This document shows positions 9,442 through 20,011 of a DNA stretch of 64,000 bases, piece by piece (the stretch's first letter is position 1; every line of letters begins with the position of its first letter). Both the position numbers and the translations under genes were made by a program. Under the pieces are notes generated by a model that was given only the letters and a program-made list of their open reading frames with translations, did not search any database and had not been told where the DNA came from. The DNA comes from Puniceicoccaceae bacterium (lineage in GTDB: Bacteria; Verrucomicrobiota; Verrucomicrobiia; Opitutales; Coraliomargaritaceae), in contig JBNKYT010000013.1 of NCBI GenBank assembly GCA_050301035.1, forward strand, positions 81,796 through 145,795, read 5' to 3'.

Positions 9442-9918
9442 TTACTTGTGTCGCCGCATTTCACGCTCGGCTTCGCGCATGGTGATTTTCTTCTTCAGGG
9501 TCTCTCGCTTGTCGTGCAGCTTCTTGCCGGTACACAGCGCGATTTCGACCTTGATCAGTCCGTTTTTCAGGTAGATCCGGAGTGGGATCAGCGATTTGCC
9601 TCCGGCATCGACCGCCCCGATCATCTTATGGATCTCGCGGCGATGGAGTAGCAGCTTGCGCTTACGCCGCGGCGGGTGGTTTTGAAGGTTCCCGAACTTG
9701 TATTCGCCGATATGCGAGTTGTAGAGCCAGACCTGCCCCTTCTCGATTCGGCAGAAGGCATCGCCGAGCTGCGCATTGCCCTCACGGATGGCCTTCACTT
9801 CAGTGCCCACGAGCACGATGCCCGCCTCAAAACGATCACCCACAAAATAATTGTGGGTGGCCTTGGCGTTACGGACCTCCTTAAAGCGATCCGAGGGGGA
9901 CTTTTTTTTAGCGCACAC
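9442..9918 (-). CDS. smpB: SsrA-binding protein
   Basis: Typical SmpB sequence (NAKATHNYFV...GTEVKAIREG...RRKRKLLLHRREI). Ends 8 nt upstream of thrB. Confidence 0.95.
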   Translation of the reverse strand: MCAKKKSPSDRFKEVRNAKATHNYFVGDRFEAGIVLVGTEVKAIREGNAQLGDAFCRIEKGQVWLYNSHIGEYKFGNLQNHPPRRKRKLLLHRREIHKMIGAVDAGGKSLIPLRIYLKNGLIKVEIALCTGKKLHDKRETLKKKITMREAEREMRRHK

Positions 9919-9996
9919 TTTTAAAATCTCCCTCTATCGGGGAACGCAGAGGGCACGCGGACAAAATCCAAAGAAACAGAAGCAATAAGTGCTTTC

Positions 9997-10206
9997 CTAG
10001 TCTTCTTCCGGCTCGTCGAGCTGGTAAGTGATCTTACCTTCCATAACCTCGCGCAGTGCAAGGTCTTCAGCGGACAAGCGCTCAAGCGATTCGACCAGCG
10101 GCTTGTAGCCACTTTTAAGTTGTTTCGCACGCCGCGATATCACATTGATCAGGATCATCGGGTCCGTGATTACCAATTGTGCTGCCTGTAAATAGTCGTC
10201 TCTCAA
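9997..10206 (-). CDS. rpoZ: DNA-directed RNA polymerase omega subunit (TTG start proposed)
   Basis: RDDYLQAAQLVITDPMILINVISRRAKQLKSGYKPLV fits the RpoZ pattern. TTG at 10206 is preceded by GGAGGA with a 6-nt spacer. The longer ATG-started ORF (to 10362) would add 52 unrelated residues reaching the rplM start. Confidence 0.65.
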   Translation of the reverse strand: MRDDYLQAAQLVITDPMILINVISRRAKQLKSGYKPLVESLERLSAEDLALREVMEGKITYQLDEPEED

Positions 10207-10360
10207 AGTTATTCCTCCGCTAAGGTTGAAATGTAAAAACAGCGGAAAATGACGCGGGGGGAATGCTTTGCAATAAAAAACCGGACTCTCCGTAAAAATC
10301 GTTAAAATTCCCATTGACAGCGCACTCACCCATTTTACTGTTTGCCGCTTTTCCAAAATC

Positions 10361-10786
10361 ATGAAGACGACTTTAGCTACTAAATCCGATCACACCAAAA
10401 GCTGGTACGTGGTTGATGCTGCCGAGGAAACACTCGGTCGCATTTCCGTAAAAATTGCAAACGTGCTGCGCGGCCGCCACAAGCCGACCTACACGCCGCA
10501 CGCAGACACCGGCGACTTCGTCGTGGTTGTGAATGCTGAGAAGATCCGCGTCAGCGGTAAAAAGAACAGCGATAAGAGCTATATGTTCTATTCCGGCTGG
10601 ATGGGCGGCGAAAGCCACGTCACTCTCTCCCAAATGCGCGAGAAGAACCCTGCTTTCATCATCGAGCACTCAGTTAAAGGCATGCTCCCTCGCAACCGCC
10701 TCGGTCGCCAGATGCTGAAGAAGCTGAAAATCCACACAGGCCCTTCGCACCCATACGAAGCACAGCAGCCCAAGCCACTCGTCTAA
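10361..10786 (+). CDS. rplM: 50S ribosomal protein L13
   Basis: Clear L13 sequence (WYVVDA...LGR...IANVLRGRHKPTYTPH.DTGD.VVVVNAEKI). Adjacent to rpsI. Confidence 0.97.
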   Translation: MKTTLATKSDHTKSWYVVDAAEETLGRISVKIANVLRGRHKPTYTPHADTGDFVVVVNAEKIRVSGKKNSDKSYMFYSGWMGGESHVTLSQMREKNPAFIIEHSVKGMLPRNRLGRQMLKKLKIHTGPSHPYEAQQPKPLV

Positions 10787-10802
10787 TCTTTAGTTTATTA
10801 TA

Positions 10803-11195
10803 ATGAGCGAACAAACATTTGTAACCGTCGGTCGCCGCAAGACCGCAACCGCCCGCGTCCGCCTCACCCGCGGCACAGGCAAGATCGAAGTGAACGGCAA
10901 AGTGCCGGCAGATTACTTCAAGACTGAAGAATTCGCCAACGCCGCGCTTTCTCCCCTGAAGACCGTCGAAATGGCTGACCAAGTCGACATCAAGGTCAAA
11001 GCACAGGGTGGCGGCCTCAACGGCCAAGCAGGTGCAGTTCGTCTCGGTATCGCCCGCGCACTGGAAAAAATGAACAGCGAACTCCGCGTGCCGCTCAAGC
11101 AAGAAGGCCACATGAAGCGTGACCCTCGTAGCCGCGAGCGCAAGAAAGCCGGTCAGCCCGGCGCACGTAAGCGTTTCCAGTTCTCCAAACGTTAA
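10803..11195 (+). CDS. rpsI: 30S ribosomal protein S9
   Basis: Clear S9 sequence ending in RKKAGQPGARKRFQFSKR. Canonical rplM-rpsI pair. Confidence 0.97.
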   Translation: MSEQTFVTVGRRKTATARVRLTRGTGKIEVNGKVPADYFKTEEFANAALSPLKTVEMADQVDIKVKAQGGGLNGQAGAVRLGIARALEKMNSELRVPLKQEGHMKRDPRSRERKKAGQPGARKRFQFSKR

Positions 11196-11227
11196 TCCGC
11201 ACAGCGGCAAGGACGCATTTTTTGCAA

Positions 11228-11277
11228 CCCTCCAAGGCCGTGGCTATCCGCGTGCTTTGGGGGGTTTTTCTTTTTTT
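11228..11277 (+). terminator. Intrinsic terminator after rpsI
   Basis: CCCTCCAAGGC (11228-11238) pairs with GCTTTGGGGGG (11254-11264), including two G-U pairs. Further inner pairs are possible. It is followed by TTTTTCTTTTTTT. Confidence 0.75.
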
Positions 11278-11373
11278 ACACACTGAATCGCAATCATACT
11301 CGTAATCCGAATAAGGGAGACGAAGATCTGCGCTTAAGATCAGGAGTCATATTGTAATTAGATTTCAGACAAC

Positions 11374-12399
<1,026 letters not shown>

Positions 12400-12432
12400 A
12401 TCTCCCATAGCACATAGGCCCTTTCCTCCGAC

Positions 12433-13665
12433 ATGAACGATACGCTCACAGTAATCCTGATCGAGAACCCCGGTGGAATCGGAGATTGCCCCGGCTATAA
12501 AGTCGCCGGAGTCGCCTGCGACGTCCGGGAAAACAACAAGCCGCGCTTGGATCTCGCACTGTTCGTAGCCGACGCGCCCTGCAGCGCTGCCGGCGTGTTC
12601 ACGCTCAACGACGTCTGCGCGGCCCCCGTCCACGTCTGCAAGGAAATCCTGTCCAAGAGCGGCAACAAAGTCGCGGGCTGTGTCGCCAACAGCGGCAATG
12701 CCAACGCCTGCACCGGCGAGCAAGGCATGACGGATGCCAAGGAAATGTCCGCCATCGCTCAAATCGAAACCGGAATCGGCGCACCCTTCCTCGTCTGCTC
12801 GACCGGTCGGATCGGCCGGAAGCTGCCGATGGGAAAGATCAAATCCGGCATCGCCGCAGCCGCCCAAGAACTCAGCACCGCCCCCCAGCCCTCGCTCGAT
12901 GCCTCGGATGCCATCCTCACCTCCGACACCCGGCGGAAAGTCGCCACTGCGCGTTTCGAATTTGCTGGTAAAACCGTCACCGTCGCCGGCATGGCCAAAG
13001 GCGCCGGCATGATCGAGCCGAACATGGCCACCATGCTCGCATTTTTGGTGACCGATCTGGAGGCCGAAAGCGACTTGCTCAAGAGCGTCCTCAAGCAAGC
13101 CAGCGACAAGACCTTCAACCGCATCTCCATCGACGGCGACATGAGCACGAACGACACCGTCCTGCTTTTCGCCAACGGCAAATCCGGCATCAAAGCCGAC
13201 CACTCCCCGGAACTCCTCGCCGCCTTCCAGCAAGCCGTCACACTCGTCTGCGATGTGCTCGCCGAAAAGATCGTCGGCGACGGCGAAAAGGTCACCAAAC
13301 TGGTGGAACTCATCGTCGAAGGCACCCGGACTGAGGCAGACGCCGAAAAAGTCGCCCGCGCCGTCGGCAACTCCCTGTTGGTCAAGAGCTCATGGTATGG
13401 ATCCGACCCGAACTGGGGCCGCCTCGCCGATGCCGCCGGCTATGCACGCGTAGGCCTGGAGGAAGCGACCTTCGACATCCACTACGACGACGTCCCCGCC
13501 CTGATCGGTGGAAAACCACAGGATGCCAACCTTTCAAAGTGGAAGGAAATCGTTTCCAAGAAACGCTTCCGCATCACCCTGAATTTGAACCAAGGCGACG
13601 GCCACTTCCGCCTCCTCACCTCCGACCTCAGCGAAGCCTACGTGGACTTCAATAAAAGCGAATAA
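12433..13665 (+). CDS. argJ: Bifunctional glutamate N-acetyltransferase / amino-acid acetyltransferase
   Basis: ArgJ autoprocessing site context (PNMATMLAFLVTD), size of 410 aa, and arg operon context. Confidence 0.95.
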   Translation: MNDTLTVILIENPGGIGDCPGYKVAGVACDVRENNKPRLDLALFVADAPCSAAGVFTLNDVCAAPVHVCKEILSKSGNKVAGCVANSGNANACTGEQGMTDAKEMSAIAQIETGIGAPFLVCSTGRIGRKLPMGKIKSGIAAAAQELSTAPQPSLDASDAILTSDTRRKVATARFEFAGKTVTVAGMAKGAGMIEPNMATMLAFLVTDLEAESDLLKSVLKQASDKTFNRISIDGDMSTNDTVLLFANGKSGIKADHSPELLAAFQQAVTLVCDVLAEKIVGDGEKVTKLVELIVEGTRTEADAEKVARAVGNSLLVKSSWYGSDPNWGRLADAAGYARVGLEEATFDIHYDDVPALIGGKPQDANLSKWKEIVSKKRFRITLNLNQGDGHFRLLTSDLSEAYVDFNKSE

Positions 13666-13681
13666 CCTCACAATTTCAGAC

Positions 13682-14572
13682 ATGACCAAGCTCGAACAAC
13701 TCGACGTCACCACCAAGGCCGCCGTGCTCCTGGAAGCACTTCCGTATCTTCAACGCTTTCGCGATGCCATCTTCGTCGTGAAATACGGCGGAGCCTTCAT
13801 GGACGATGCCGATCCCGAAGTTCGCACCCGGGTCGCGACCGACATCGCATTCCTGTCAGCAGCCGGGATCAAGGTCGTCGTCGTCCACGGCGGAGGCAAA
13901 GCCATCACCCGCGCGCTGGCCGAGTCAAAAGTTGAAACCCGCTTCGAGCACGGCCTCCGCGTCACCGATGCGGATTCGGTCAACATCGTGGAGCACACGC
14001 TGAACAAAGTGGTCAACCTCGAAATCTGCGAGATCCTCCAAGCCAAACGGGCACGCCCGCTCGGCCTACCGGGCAACGGAATTCTGGTTTGCGACAAGAA
14101 GGAAGTCGTGATCGACGGCGAACAGATCGACGTCGGCTTCGTCGGAGAGACCCATACCGTCAAAACCAAGATCATCAAAAAAGCGCTCAACGACGGCTAC
14201 ATCCCGGTCATCTCTCCGATCGCCCGCGATGAAGACGGCCAGATTTACAACACCAACGCCGATGCCGCCGCAGGCCGCGTCGCGGCTGCTTTGCGCGCCC
14301 GCCGCCTCGTTTACCTCTGCGATGTCCCCGGCCTGATGCGCGACATCAAAGATCCCGAATCTCTCATCTCCTCGCTCAAAGCCACCGAAGTCGATGCACT
14401 CGTCAAAGACGGCACCATCAGCAAGGGAATGATCCCGAAGACCGACAGCGCGGTCAAAGCCCTGCGCAGTGGCGTCCACCGCGTTCACTTCATCGACGGC
14501 GAACAACCGCACAGCCTTCTCCTCGAAATCTTTACAGACAAAGGCGTTGGCACCGAGATCGTAAACGCTTAA
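13682..14572 (+). CDS. argB: Acetylglutamate kinase
   Basis: Amino-acid kinase motifs (FVVKYGGAFM, VVVHGGG, NTNADAAAG). Confidence 0.95.
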   Translation: MTKLEQLDVTTKAAVLLEALPYLQRFRDAIFVVKYGGAFMDDADPEVRTRVATDIAFLSAAGIKVVVVHGGGKAITRALAESKVETRFEHGLRVTDADSVNIVEHTLNKVVNLEICEILQAKRARPLGLPGNGILVCDKKEVVIDGEQIDVGFVGETHTVKTKIIKKALNDGYIPVISPIARDEDGQIYNTNADAAAGRVAAALRARRLVYLCDVPGLMRDIKDPESLISSLKATEVDALVKDGTISKGMIPKTDSAVKALRSGVHRVHFIDGEQPHSLLLEIFTDKGVGTEIVNA

Positions 14573-14636
14573 GCGCTAACGATAAATTAGTAATGAATCA
14601 CAGCTAATTGCCATTAGCCATTTTTACCATTCCACA

Positions 14637-15824
14637 ATGGAACACCATAAAACACTCATGAAAAATTACGGTCCGCCCGCCTTCAACGCGGTGCGGGGCG
14701 AAGGCGTTTACCTCTATGACGAGAGCGGAAAGCGCTACCTCGATTTCGGCAGCGGCATCGCCGTCACCTCCGTCGGGCATTCGCATCCGGCATGGGTTAA
14801 GGCCGTCCAGGCACAAGCCGCGACGCTCGTGCATTGTAGTAATCTCTACGGCATTCCCGGGCAGCAAAAGCTGGCGGATCGGCTGGTAGAAAAAGCCGGC
14901 CCTGGCCGGGTACTCTTCTGCAACAGCGGCGCGGAAGCCAACGAAGCACTGCTGAAACTCGCCCGGCTCCACGGTCGGAAACTCTCCGGCGGAGAAGAAG
15001 CCAAACGCTACACCGTAGTGGGCGCGCTGAACGCATTCCACGGACGGACTTTCGGCGGCATGGCCGCAACTCCTCAGGAGAAGATCCAGGGCGGCTTCCG
15101 GCCCATGCTCGACGGCTTCAAATTCGGCGAACTCAACAAGATCGAAACCTTCGACGCGCTGGTGGACGACTCCGTTGCGGCCGTATTCATCGAAACGATA
15201 CAGGGCGAAGGGGGCGTATTTCCCGCCGAAGCATCCTTCCTACAGGAACTGCGGGCACTCTGCACCGAGCGGAACGCACTCCTCATTCTGGACGAAGTGC
15301 AATGCGGTATCGGCCGCAGCGGACATTTCTTTGCCTACGAAGCCAGCGGCATCAAGCCCGATGCCATCGGCATGGCGAAAGGCCTCGGATCCGGTTTCCC
15401 AATCGGAGCGATCTGGGTCTCGGAGCCCTATGCCGAACTCTTCCAGCCCGGCTCGCACGGCACCACCTTTGGCGGTTCGCCCTTGGCATCGGCCGCGGCA
15501 AACGCCGTACTCGATATCATCGAGGGCGAGCAGTTGATCCAGCAAGTGGCGGCCAACTCCGCCGCTTGGCATCAGGAACTCGAAGCACTGGCAGCGAAAT
15601 ACCCGCAGCACATCAAGGGCATCCGGGGAGCCGGCTACATGGTCGGACTTCCTTTACACGCCGATGGCCTGAAAGTTGCTGCGGCGGCCCGGGACAAGGG
15701 TCTCCTGATCGTCCCGGCCGGTCACAACACGATCCGGCTGCTGCCCGCTCTCATTGCCAACGCCGAGCAACTCGCCGAATCCGTCCGGATTCTCGACGAA
15801 GTGTTCGCCGGCCTTAATTTCTAA
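14637..15824 (+). CDS. argD: Acetylornithine aminotransferase (class III PLP aminotransferase)
   Basis: Class III aminotransferase sequence (LILDEVQCGIGRSGHFFAYE, GTTFGGSPLA). Position between argB and argF. Confidence 0.9.
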   Translation: MEHHKTLMKNYGPPAFNAVRGEGVYLYDESGKRYLDFGSGIAVTSVGHSHPAWVKAVQAQAATLVHCSNLYGIPGQQKLADRLVEKAGPGRVLFCNSGAEANEALLKLARLHGRKLSGGEEAKRYTVVGALNAFHGRTFGGMAATPQEKIQGGFRPMLDGFKFGELNKIETFDALVDDSVAAVFIETIQGEGGVFPAEASFLQELRALCTERNALLILDEVQCGIGRSGHFFAYEASGIKPDAIGMAKGLGSGFPIGAIWVSEPYAELFQPGSHGTTFGGSPLASAAANAVLDIIEGEQLIQQVAANSAAWHQELEALAAKYPQHIKGIRGAGYMVGLPLHADGLKVAAAARDKGLLIVPAGHNTIRLLPALIANAEQLAESVRILDEVFAGLNF

Positions 15825-15859
15825 CAAATTCTTAATTCTTAATTCTTAATTTCCCCGTA

Positions 15860-16798
15860 ATGCGCCACTTTCTCAAAGAAACCGACTTTTCGCTGCAAGA
15901 AGCCGCTGAAGTATTCGCTCTGGCCAAAGCGTTCAAGGACGACCGCTTTAGCACGCCCACGCACCTAGCCAAACAATCCTGGGGCCTGCTCTTCTACAAA
16001 AGCAGCACCCGCACGCGCGTCTCTTTCGAGGTCGGCGTGAACGAACTCGGCGGCTTCCCGATCGTACTGAATTCGCAGCAGACACAGATCGGGCGCGGTG
16101 AGACCGTCGCAGACAGCGCCAAGGTGCTGTCCCGCTACCTGCATGGCCTGGTCATCCGCACCTTCGGCCACGACATCGTCGAGGGCTTTGCCGAGCATGC
16201 CACCATGCCGATCATCAACGGCCTGACCGACTTCAACCACCCTTGCCAACTCTACACCGACATCTTCACCCTGCTTGAGCGCTGGTCGCCCGAGCAGATG
16301 GATATCAATGTACTGAAAGGCAAAAAAGTCGCGTTCTTGGGGGACTCGGCCAGCAACATGGCGAATTCCTGGATCATCACCGCCGCGATGTTCGGTATGG
16401 AAATCTCCCTCGCCGGCCCGGCAGGTTTCGAACCGGAAGCTATCGTCGACCAGCAACTCGCGGCTGACGGTTTGGCCAAGCAATACAGCTTTACCACCGA
16501 TGCCGCCGTCGCGGTGAAGGATGCCGACATGGTGTATACCGACGTCTGGGTCTCCATGGGCGACGAAGCTGAAGCCGCCAAGCGTAAGGCGCTGATGGCC
16601 CCCTACCAAGTCACCAGTGAATTGATGGCCCAAGCCAAGCCAGACGCCTACTTCATGCACTGCCTCCCCGCCCACGCCGGCGAAGAAGTCAGTCAGGAGG
16701 TACTCGACAGCAAGCAAAGCATCATTTTCGACGAAGCCGAAAACCGACTCCACGCCCAAAAAGCCATCATGGCCAAGCTCGTACAGCTGAACGGCTGA
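15860..16798 (+). CDS. argF: Ornithine carbamoyltransferase
   Basis: Carbamoyl-phosphate motif KSSTRTRVSFE, HPCQ (FNHPCQL) and HCLPAHAGEE. Confidence 0.9.
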   Translation: MRHFLKETDFSLQEAAEVFALAKAFKDDRFSTPTHLAKQSWGLLFYKSSTRTRVSFEVGVNELGGFPIVLNSQQTQIGRGETVADSAKVLSRYLHGLVIRTFGHDIVEGFAEHATMPIINGLTDFNHPCQLYTDIFTLLERWSPEQMDINVLKGKKVAFLGDSASNMANSWIITAAMFGMEISLAGPAGFEPEAIVDQQLAADGLAKQYSFTTDAAVAVKDADMVYTDVWVSMGDEAEAAKRKALMAPYQVTSELMAQAKPDAYFMHCLPAHAGEEVSQEVLDSKQSIIFDEAENRLHAQKAIMAKLVQLNG

Positions 16799-16802
16799 GC
16801 GG

Positions 16803-17771
16803 ATGGAGGCTTATCTTGGAGTCGACGGCGGTGGCACGCGGACGCGCAGTTTACTCGTCAGTGCGGAGGGTGCGATCCTCGGCCGGGGACTCGCCGGAGC
16901 ATCCAATCCCCAGCACTGTAGCGAAGCCGAACTCACGGGCACGTTACAGGATGTCGTGAACCAAGCTCTGACCGAGGCAGGTGACGGAATCGAACTGACT
17001 GCGGCCTGCTTCGGCTTGGCCGGTTCTTCGAATGCCGCAGCACGCCATCAGTTGACTTCGATTATAGACGCACTGGCCCACCAGCCGAAGCACGGCTACT
17101 GCTTAGAGACGGATGCCCGGGTCGCCTTGACCGGTGCCTTTGACGGCGGGCCGGGTTGCCTGCTCATTCTCGGCACTGGTTCGGTCTGCCTCGGGCAGGA
17201 TGACCAAGGCGCGATTCATCGAACCGGCGGTTGGGGCTCCATCGCCGACGACGGAGGCTCGGCCGGATGGATCGGCAGAAAGGCCATCGAAACAGCCGTG
17301 CGACAAGCTGACGGACGCGCGGCCGGCGATGCCGTTCGCGCAGCGATTTTTGCCAAACTCGGCATCACCTGCACCGAAGACATCATCCCCCTGCTCCACG
17401 GCACGCCTCCGATGAGCCGGACAGAGATCGCAGCACTCTGCCCGATCGTCATGGATCTGGCTGAGCGCGGCGATGGGCCGGCCACGGACATTTTAAACGG
17501 CGCGCTGAACGAAGCCATCGCGCTGATCGACGCAACACAGGGCAAGCTCCGCTCCGAAGTGTTCGATGTCACCGTTGTCGGCGGCCTACCGGAATCGAAT
17601 CCGTTTTTCAGCGACCGTCTCCGCACAGCCGTCGCCCAAGCACTTCCACAGGTTCGACTGCAACGTCCGCATTTACCTGCGGTCGCCGGAGCCGTACTCG
17701 AAGCATACCGGCTGTACCGAAAACAGGTGGCTCCCGGATTGATCAACGGTTTGAAACGTGCCTTGGCCTAA
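16803..17771 (+). CDS. BadF/BadG/BcrA/BcrD-type ATPase (N-acetylglucosamine kinase-like)
   Basis: ASKHA-fold N-terminus (YLGVDGGGTRTRSLLV) and ILGTGSV. Starts 4 nt after the argF stop. Confidence 0.75.
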   Translation: MEAYLGVDGGGTRTRSLLVSAEGAILGRGLAGASNPQHCSEAELTGTLQDVVNQALTEAGDGIELTAACFGLAGSSNAAARHQLTSIIDALAHQPKHGYCLETDARVALTGAFDGGPGCLLILGTGSVCLGQDDQGAIHRTGGWGSIADDGGSAGWIGRKAIETAVRQADGRAAGDAVRAAIFAKLGITCTEDIIPLLHGTPPMSRTEIAALCPIVMDLAERGDGPATDILNGALNEAIALIDATQGKLRSEVFDVTVVGGLPESNPFFSDRLRTAVAQALPQVRLQRPHLPAVAGAVLEAYRLYRKQVAPGLINGLKRALA

Positions 17772-17788
17772 AAGCTGAAAGGCCCTGC

Positions 17789-17812
17789 GGCACAGGCAAG
17801 GATGCCTGTGCC
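17789..17812. terminator. Perfect 10-bp hairpin between convergent genes
   Basis: GGCACAGGCA-AGGA-TGCCTGTGCC lies between the + gene ending at 17771 and the - gene ending at 17827. There is no clear U-tract, so terminator function is inferred from position only. Confidence 0.5.
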
Positions 17813-17826
17813 ACGAGCATCGGCTA

Positions 17827-19926
17827 TTATCCTTCTTTGATCAAATAAGCGCCCCAGCCTTTTTCGAAAAACTCGCGTTTGACTTCGGGAGTCAGGTCGA
17901 CGGGTAAGGCGCTGATCCGGATCTCGTCGTCAACCAGGCTGACAATGAGCTTTTCCTCACGATCCTCGGCCTGTTCTTCGATAAACCGGAACTGGCTGAG
18001 ATCCTCGCCGTTGGCATCGGGGCAACGGGTGCCTGCTTCGGAACATATCGCGCGGGCACCGCGACTGCCGCCGCCATTGCGGATGTAGTAGTCCAGCGCG
18101 GTGAGGACCGCCTCGGAAACGAGTGCCATGTGCTGCCAGCGAAAAGCCGAGCCGACCATCGAGGCGGAGTTCACCCGGATGCCGTCGGTCGCGACCGCAC
18201 GTCGCAGCGCTTGGGCGTCTTCCAACGCGCAATGGACACCGGATTCCGTACAGATAATTCCCGCATAGTCGCTCATGCGAGCTTGGATCTCGGTTTTGAT
18301 TTCCTTGGGCGTCTTACCGCCTTCCGCATTTAGATACCGCCCGGCTTGCGCCAGGCTATTCTCAATCTGCGAAACGATCTGATCCGCATCCGGCTCGAAC
18401 GCACTCCGCTTCAAACGCGAGCGCTTGATTGCGACGGCAACGCGTTTACCGAAGACTTGACCGGAGTTGAGTGCGGCACCTCCGGGACGAGTCACCCCGT
18501 GGCTTCCGGCCGCTTCGCCGATGGCATAACAACCGTCGAGACTGGTTTGCCCCCAGTCGTTGATCAGGATGCCGCCGTTCATGTGTTGATTGTTCATGGC
18601 GAACTCGAGCGGCTCCTGACACAAGTCCGTGCCGTGCATGCGGTAGAGTTCGATCGCGAGCGGATTCATCCGGCGCAGACGGTCGATCGGCAGATCGTAA
18701 AGCGCTTCGTTGTTTTCCAGATAGGCCCGCACGTCCGGGTCGAGATCGTCGAGCGAGAAGTTCTCGTCTTCGTTGACCGGTTCCGGATTGCGCAGGAAAT
18801 CGAGGTACACCTTACGCCCGGCTTTTTGTTCCAGATACACCGCCAGATCGAAAAGACTGGAGCCGTAGTCGAGCATCCGGGTGGAGTGGAACGGCCACTG
18901 GTAGCCCTTGCGGAAGGTGTTGGAAACCATCTCGCGCGTGGTGCGGTAGAAACGTTTGAGGAAGTTGATTTCATTTCCCTCCGCATCGACCGAGTAAACG
19001 CGCGGCATGACCTGCACGTAGGTGCCCGAGAGATTCCAAGGGAAATTCGTGCGGGGTGTGCCAATGCCGAACTGGCTCTCGGTGACATTGCAAAGCTCGA
19101 TGCCCGCTTCCAGTGCGATCCCGAGACCGCCATGGCAATGATGCGGATAGACGCTGTCACGGTACAACTCGCCGGGACCGCCGGTCGCGATCACCAGGTT
19201 CTCGCATTGAATGAAAACCAGGCCGTAGGCGTTGCGCTTTTCCTCGCGGTGCAAGGCGATCACCCCGCAAACACGCTCCTGGCCGTCGACGGTTTCCTTG
19301 ACGATCCGGATACCGCTGCAGCTGGGCAGGATACGCGCGCCCAAAGTCAATGCCTCGTCGAAAAGCACTTTGACCATCAGCTTGGAAGTACGAGGGCCGC
19401 AACTGGTGGCACGCCCCGCCTCGTCGTGATCGGTTTGGTAGCGAAGGATCGCGCCCTGATCATCGTGCGGCAGCGGTAAGCCCATGAATTGCAAGCCGCC
19501 CATGGCATCGATCGAACCAATGGCTTCCACATAGGCCGTCGAGAAATCCATAGCCCCGCCACTGCAAAGGCTTTGAGCGTACTTGACGAAATTGTCCCCC
19601 TTGTAGTCGGTGCTGGCAGTGTAGAGCGTTTGCTTGTCCGAACCGGAGCAAGCGGAAGTGCCCGCATAAAGCCCCGTGCTGGCGACCAACACATCAATCC
19701 CCCGGCGATGCAGTTCCACCACCGCACGCATACCAGCCGCGCCGCTGCCGAGTACCAGCGCCTCGCATTTATATACGGGAACGGTCTCTCCCGCGATTTC
19801 CAGAGTTTCTTCCGAGGCGGAAATGCCACGTACCGCGGGCATGTCTACCCGGGTCAGGCGATCAAGAATGTGCTGGGGGATGGCATCAAATCCATCAGTG
19901 GGCTGCGTCGTTGTGTCACTCATCAT
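17827..19926 (-). CDS. Large FAD-binding oxidoreductase (SdhA/FrdA/AprA-like flavoprotein superfamily)
   Basis: Dinucleotide-binding motif (ALVLGSGAAGMRAVVEL) and flavoprotein-like core. 699 aa. The exact family cannot be resolved by eye. Confidence 0.7.
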   Translation of the reverse strand: MMSDTTTQPTDGFDAIPQHILDRLTRVDMPAVRGISASEETLEIAGETVPVYKCEALVLGSGAAGMRAVVELHRRGIDVLVASTGLYAGTSACSGSDKQTLYTASTDYKGDNFVKYAQSLCSGGAMDFSTAYVEAIGSIDAMGGLQFMGLPLPHDDQGAILRYQTDHDEAGRATSCGPRTSKLMVKVLFDEALTLGARILPSCSGIRIVKETVDGQERVCGVIALHREEKRNAYGLVFIQCENLVIATGGPGELYRDSVYPHHCHGGLGIALEAGIELCNVTESQFGIGTPRTNFPWNLSGTYVQVMPRVYSVDAEGNEINFLKRFYRTTREMVSNTFRKGYQWPFHSTRMLDYGSSLFDLAVYLEQKAGRKVYLDFLRNPEPVNEDENFSLDDLDPDVRAYLENNEALYDLPIDRLRRMNPLAIELYRMHGTDLCQEPLEFAMNNQHMNGGILINDWGQTSLDGCYAIGEAAGSHGVTRPGGAALNSGQVFGKRVAVAIKRSRLKRSAFEPDADQIVSQIENSLAQAGRYLNAEGGKTPKEIKTEIQARMSDYAGIICTESGVHCALEDAQALRRAVATDGIRVNSASMVGSAFRWQHMALVSEAVLTALDYYIRNGGGSRGARAICSEAGTRCPDANGEDLSQFRFIEEQAEDREEKLIVSLVDDEIRISALPVDLTPEVKREFFEKGWGAYLIKEG

Positions 19927-20011
19927 GCAAAAGGGGCTATCAATCCTTAGTATTTATCGTAGAACATAAATTTGTTGACATATTTTATCTTGAGTTCAAT
20001 TAAAAAAGGAG

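Noticed and set aside
18346-19479. Long antisense ORFs opposite conserved genes (18346..19479+, 25328..26404+, 34519..35688+, 47112..48260+, 61858..63084-, 20405..21292- and similar)
   Set aside because: These are typical high-G+C shadow ORFs. The opposite strand encodes proteins with clear family motifs, and the shadow translations are Arg/Gly/Asp/Val-rich with no motifs.
19975-20011. TTGACA at 19975-19980 with AAGGAG directly abutting the ATG of the XRE-cupin gene as a promoter/RBS
   Set aside because: No convincing -10 hexamer lies at 16-18 nt spacing (AATTAA and ATTAAA match 3 of 6). The AAGGAG has zero spacing to the ATG, so it cannot act as an SD.
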